Source: Candidatus Micrarchaeia archaeon (GTDB taxonomy: Archaea > Micrarchaeota > Micrarchaeia > Micrarchaeales > CABMGC01). Taken from it: DNA of 30,189 nt. The notes beneath the pieces were generated by a model, which saw only the letters and a program-made list of their open reading frames with translations, searched no databases and was not told the DNA's origin. Shown here one piece after another: positions 26,986 to 30,189 of the stretch. The position numbers and the translations under genes are program-made. How positions within the stretch are numbered: position 1 is the first letter of the stretch; each line of letters opens with the position of its first letter. The DNA lies in NCBI GenBank assembly GCA_049964835.1, contig JBMFWW010000008.1:1-30189 (forward strand), given 5' to 3'.

Positions 26986-27650
26986 CAAATGCTTGCCTAT
27001 TCAGTGGGGGCAAAGACTCAACATTAGCACTCCACAAAGTAGTTGATTTGGGTATAAAGATAGATCTTCTAATAACCTTCTTATCTAAAAATAAATTCAG
27101 CTACATGTTTCATTATCCTAATGCAAAGTATACCTCACTTCAAGCAGAAGCATTAGGAATAAAACAGGTATTCATAGAAACAGAAGGCAAGAAAGAAGAG
27201 GAACTTAAGGATCTTGAGCAGTCGCTAATAGATAATGACGTAAAACTCTTAGTTACAGGTGCAACCTTTAGCAGATATCAAGCCGATAGAATAAAAAAAA
27301 TAACAGACAAAAATAACATAGAAAATATAGCTCCATTATGGCACATCGATCCAATATCAGAGTTAACTGAGCTATCAGAAAAATATGAGGTAATAATGAG
27401 TGCTGTTGCTGCAGAGGGTCTTGACGATACATTTTTAGGCAGAAGAGTTGATAATAAACTCATAGCAGAGTTGGTAGAGCTTAACAAGAAAAACGGAATA
27501 AATCTTGTTTTTGAAGGTGGAGAGGCGGAGAGCTTTGTTCTTAATGGTCCACTCTTCAAAAAAAGAATAAAAATAGTAAAGGCTAAAAAGGAGTGGAATG
27601 GAGAGCGAGGCGTATTTGAAATACAAGAAGCAGTTCTTGAAAATAAATAA
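26982..27650 (+). CDS. dph6: Diphthine--ammonia ligase (PP-loop ATP pyrophosphatase)
   Basis: LFSGGKDS, SYMFH, QAEALGI, APLW, EGGEAESFVL.GPLFKKRI. Confidence 0.9.
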   Translation: MTNACLFSGGKDSTLALHKVVDLGIKIDLLITFLSKNKFSYMFHYPNAKYTSLQAEALGIKQVFIETEGKKEEELKDLEQSLIDNDVKLLVTGATFSRYQADRIKKITDKNNIENIAPLWHIDPISELTELSEKYEVIMSAVAAEGLDDTFLGRRVDNKLIAELVELNKKNGINLVFEGGEAESFVLNGPLFKKRIKIVKAKKEWNGERGVFEIQEAVLENK

Positions 27651-27662
27651 CAAGTAGATTTA

Positions 27663-28880
27663 ATGTCATCATTTGTTTTAGATAAGATAAGCATGGTTGA
27701 AAATCCAATAGCTGAAACGTCTCATATAGCGGAGCAGCTTGAGAAGAACGGAAAACATGTACTTAGATTTAGCATAGGAGATCCAGCAGCATACTTTAAA
27801 ACTCCCGAGTACATACTTTCTGCATATAAGCTAGCATTAGAAAATCATAAAACTGCGTACTCAGATTGGAAAGGAAATGAAACTTTAAGAAAGGCAATAG
27901 CATCACGATATAAAGATTTATACAATGTTGATTATAATCCTGAAAATATACAGATAACTCAAGGAGTAAGCGAGGCTCTGCAATTTATAAATATGTCATT
28001 AATAGAAAAGAATACAAAGGCCATAATAATAGCCCCCTTTTTTACCCAATATCTGCCATATATTCTAATGGAAGGGGGAGAACCAATACTATCTTTTCAT
28101 GATTTCTCAAACAACTGGAATATAGATACAGAGAGCATAAAAGAAAAGATTAAAAATGCAGGAAAGAACAAACCAAAGTATATTCTTGTAACAAATCCAA
28201 ATAATCCAACCGGAACAGCTCCATCTGAAAAATCATTAAAGGAGGTAGTTGAAATAGCAAAGGACAACGATATCTTTTTGATATCAGATGAAATATATGA
28301 TGAAATTCTTTATAACAATACAAAGTTCATCAGCGTTTCCTCTCTAGCAAAAGGTGTGCCCCACATGATTTTAAATGGCGCCTCAAAAAATCTAATAGCT
28401 ACTGGTTTTAGAATAGGCTTTTGCATAACTCCTGAAGATGATAAAAAGTCAGTATCATTAAGAAACTCAATCTCAATTTTATCAAACTCAAGGCTTTCTG
28501 CAAACACTCCTGCCCAGTACGCAGTTGCAGAGGGAATAAGTAATAAAGTTGAGCATAAAAAAGCAGTAACTGATTTTATACGTCAAGTAGAAAAAAGATC
28601 TGCTCTTTCATACAAATTATCACAAGAAAGTGCATTTTTAAAGGTAATAAAACCCAACTCTGCATTTTACATCTTTCCTCAAATAGGCTTAAATATTTTA
28701 AAGATTAATACAGATAAAGAATTTGTAGAGCTCCTTTTAAAAGAAGAGCATCTTCAAGTTATTAGAGGTTCAGGTTTTGGAATGCCTGGCTTCATAAGAA
28801 TGGTAACGCTTCCAAGCGAAGATAAAATAACTGAAGCATTCTCTCGAATAGAGAAATTTTGTATTAGGCATAAAAAATAG
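27663..28880 (+). CDS. Class I/II PLP-dependent aminotransferase (Asp/Ala aminotransferase-like)
   Basis: IGDP, TQGVSEAL, NPNNPTG, ISDEIYD, GASKN...GFRIG (Schiff-base Lys), GSGFG...FIR. Confidence 0.93.
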   Translation: MSSFVLDKISMVENPIAETSHIAEQLEKNGKHVLRFSIGDPAAYFKTPEYILSAYKLALENHKTAYSDWKGNETLRKAIASRYKDLYNVDYNPENIQITQGVSEALQFINMSLIEKNTKAIIIAPFFTQYLPYILMEGGEPILSFHDFSNNWNIDTESIKEKIKNAGKNKPKYILVTNPNNPTGTAPSEKSLKEVVEIAKDNDIFLISDEIYDEILYNNTKFISVSSLAKGVPHMILNGASKNLIATGFRIGFCITPEDDKKSVSLRNSISILSNSRLSANTPAQYAVAEGISNKVEHKKAVTDFIRQVEKRSALSYKLSQESAFLKVIKPNSAFYIFPQIGLNILKINTDKEFVELLLKEEHLQVIRGSGFGMPGFIRMVTLPSEDKITEAFSRIEKFCIRHKK

Positions 28881-28893
28881 AAATAAAAATAAT

Positions 28894-28964
28894 GGAGGCA
28901 TAGTCTAGTGGTAGGACGTCACCTTTACACGGTGAAGGTCTGGGTTCGATTCCCTGTGCCTCCA
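28894..28964 (+). tRNA. tRNA-Val (anticodon TAC), intronless, CCA not encoded
   Basis: Acceptor GGAGGCA/TGCCTCC+A, D arm GTCT-AGTGGTA-GGAC, anticodon arm TCACC-TTTACAC-GGTGA, T arm CTGGG-TTCGATT-CCCTG. Confidence 0.95.
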
Positions 28965-29039
28965 TTCTAATTAAAGGCTAATTTCACACAATTATTTGGA
29001 GTTGGTTGCAAAAGGACTGGAACTTAATATAATTATTTA

Positions 29040-29188
29040 GGAACTTGACAAATTAAATAACTTATTGTTTTATATATTAGAAGCTTTTTTTCTTCTTTTT
29101 TGTCATCTTAAAAACGTGTTATTATGAGTCTTCTGTGCAACAGATGTGATAAGCGCATTGGTGGCTTGCCAGGAGATATATAATATGG
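29040..29188 (+). mobile_element. Degraded left-end copy of the IS at 18129-18644
   Basis: TA-GGAACTTGACAAATTAAATAACTTATTGTTTTATATA is nearly identical to 18127-18165. CAACAGATG, AAGCGCAT and TGCCAGGAGA are also shared and collinear. Confidence 0.8.
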
Positions 29189-29251
29189 CGGCATGCGCTA
29201 TATTTTAATTTTTTTGATACATTTTTATATTTATCTTGTTTATAGTTTATC

Positions 29252-29809
29252 ATGGTAAAAAATACAAAAATGGAAAATACATTTACGCATTTGCCATTGT
29301 CAAAACAGTCTAAAATAATTATTTTGCTATCATTGATAATAACAGTACTTGCAGTAATAGTTCTTTGGAATAATTACAACGCTCTACCAAATACGGTGGC
29401 AATACATTATGGTCTTAACGGACAGCCTAATGCTTATGGCCCTAAAGCTGCACTTTTAATACCTACAACGCTTCTTATACTAATAACATTTCTATTTATC
29501 TTAATTTTAAGGTTTAGATATACTCTTATAGAAAAATATCCTTATTTGATAAATCTTCCATCATTCGTATATAAAATCGGGTTTGAAAAGAACAAAAAGG
29601 TTAAATCAGAGCTAATAAATAAAGTATTTACAGTGTATACTCTTTCAATACTATATATATCAATTCTTAATCTTTTAATAACCTTTTCAATATCAACCAG
29701 TAACGCATCACTACTTTTGCCATCACTATTTGTTATTATAATAATATTTGTTGTTTCTGTACTCGCCTTATACCGAAATATATACAAGGCAATATCAAAC
29801 AAAAAATAG
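29252..29809 (+). CDS. DUF1648 (SdpI-like) membrane protein
   Basis: YNALPNTVAIHYGLNGQPNAYG.K signature, 4 TM segments. Confidence 0.85.
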   Translation: MVKNTKMENTFTHLPLSKQSKIIILLSLIITVLAVIVLWNNYNALPNTVAIHYGLNGQPNAYGPKAALLIPTTLLILITFLFILILRFRYTLIEKYPYLINLPSFVYKIGFEKNKKVKSELINKVFTVYTLSILYISILNLLITFSISTSNASLLLPSLFVIIIIFVVSVLALYRNIYKAISNKK

Positions 29810-30189
29810 GCGCATCTAGGCCTTGTTTAAAAACTGTGGCTTTATGGACAACTTACAAAGTTTATGGACAGACTTGTGCTGTGCAGATTTTCTTACTGGC
29901 TACCGCTCTTGGAATGAGGCGTATTCTACAGCAGATGGTAGTTCCCCAAATTTTTTGGTTAGTGAGATAAATGAATAATAGCAACACAATCAACGCAAAA
30001 TTTAATAAACTTCTTAATACATTTATTAACATGGCAAGAGAGCGAGAGTTTAATTTACTTTTTGGAAGGATGTACATATCAAAATGGGAAAAAGCAGAGT
30101 TTGAACCTCTATAATTGATTTATTATCCAAATCCGATAAAGTAACTGATAATAGATGTGATCATTGGCGTTTTGGTGGTTGATTGTCGG

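Noticed and set aside
7253..28507. Numerous short antisense or alternative-frame ORFs within hmgA, korA, topA, the atp genes, dph6 and the aminotransferase
   Set aside because: Shadow ORFs of well-supported genes, with no independent motifs.
29841..29870. CRISPR-like repeat
   Set aside because: Only two 10-bp units 20 bp apart, with no spacer-sized intervals and no cas genes.

Overview
This is a low-GC (roughly 30% by eye) archaeal chromosome segment. An archaeal histone, GGTG(A) ribosome-binding sites, an A-type ATP synthase and compact genes suggest a small acidophile or DPANN lineage such as Micrarchaeota; this assignment is inference. Housekeeping content: a complete A1Ao ATP synthase operon (H-I-K-E-C-F-A-B-D) followed by dph6, a PLP aminotransferase and tRNA-Val(TAC), plus topA, class I HMG-CoA reductase, 2-oxoacid:ferredoxin oxidoreductase alpha/beta, endonuclease IV, a HemK-type methyltransferase, a rhodanese, an APC transporter, a histone and a GNAT. 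A ~239-nt reduced (type-M-like) RNase P RNA lies on the minus strand at 11884-12122, underneath spurious ORFs. The most unusual stretch is 5.2-6.85 kb. It holds a full-length GGDEF-domain (diguanylate-cyclase-like) gene, unexpected in an archaeon, and an orphan gene upstream of it. Next to these is a putative divergently transcribed two-hairpin small RNA whose 12-nt linker is exactly antisense to the orphan gene's ribosome-binding site. Other points of interest are a HerA/VirB4-like ATPase fused to a PD-(D/E)XK-like nuclease domain, a frameshifted mTERF-like repeat remnant, and several decayed IS elements (IS200/IS605 TnpB-type ends, IS481-like, IS5-like). No CRISPR array was seen.
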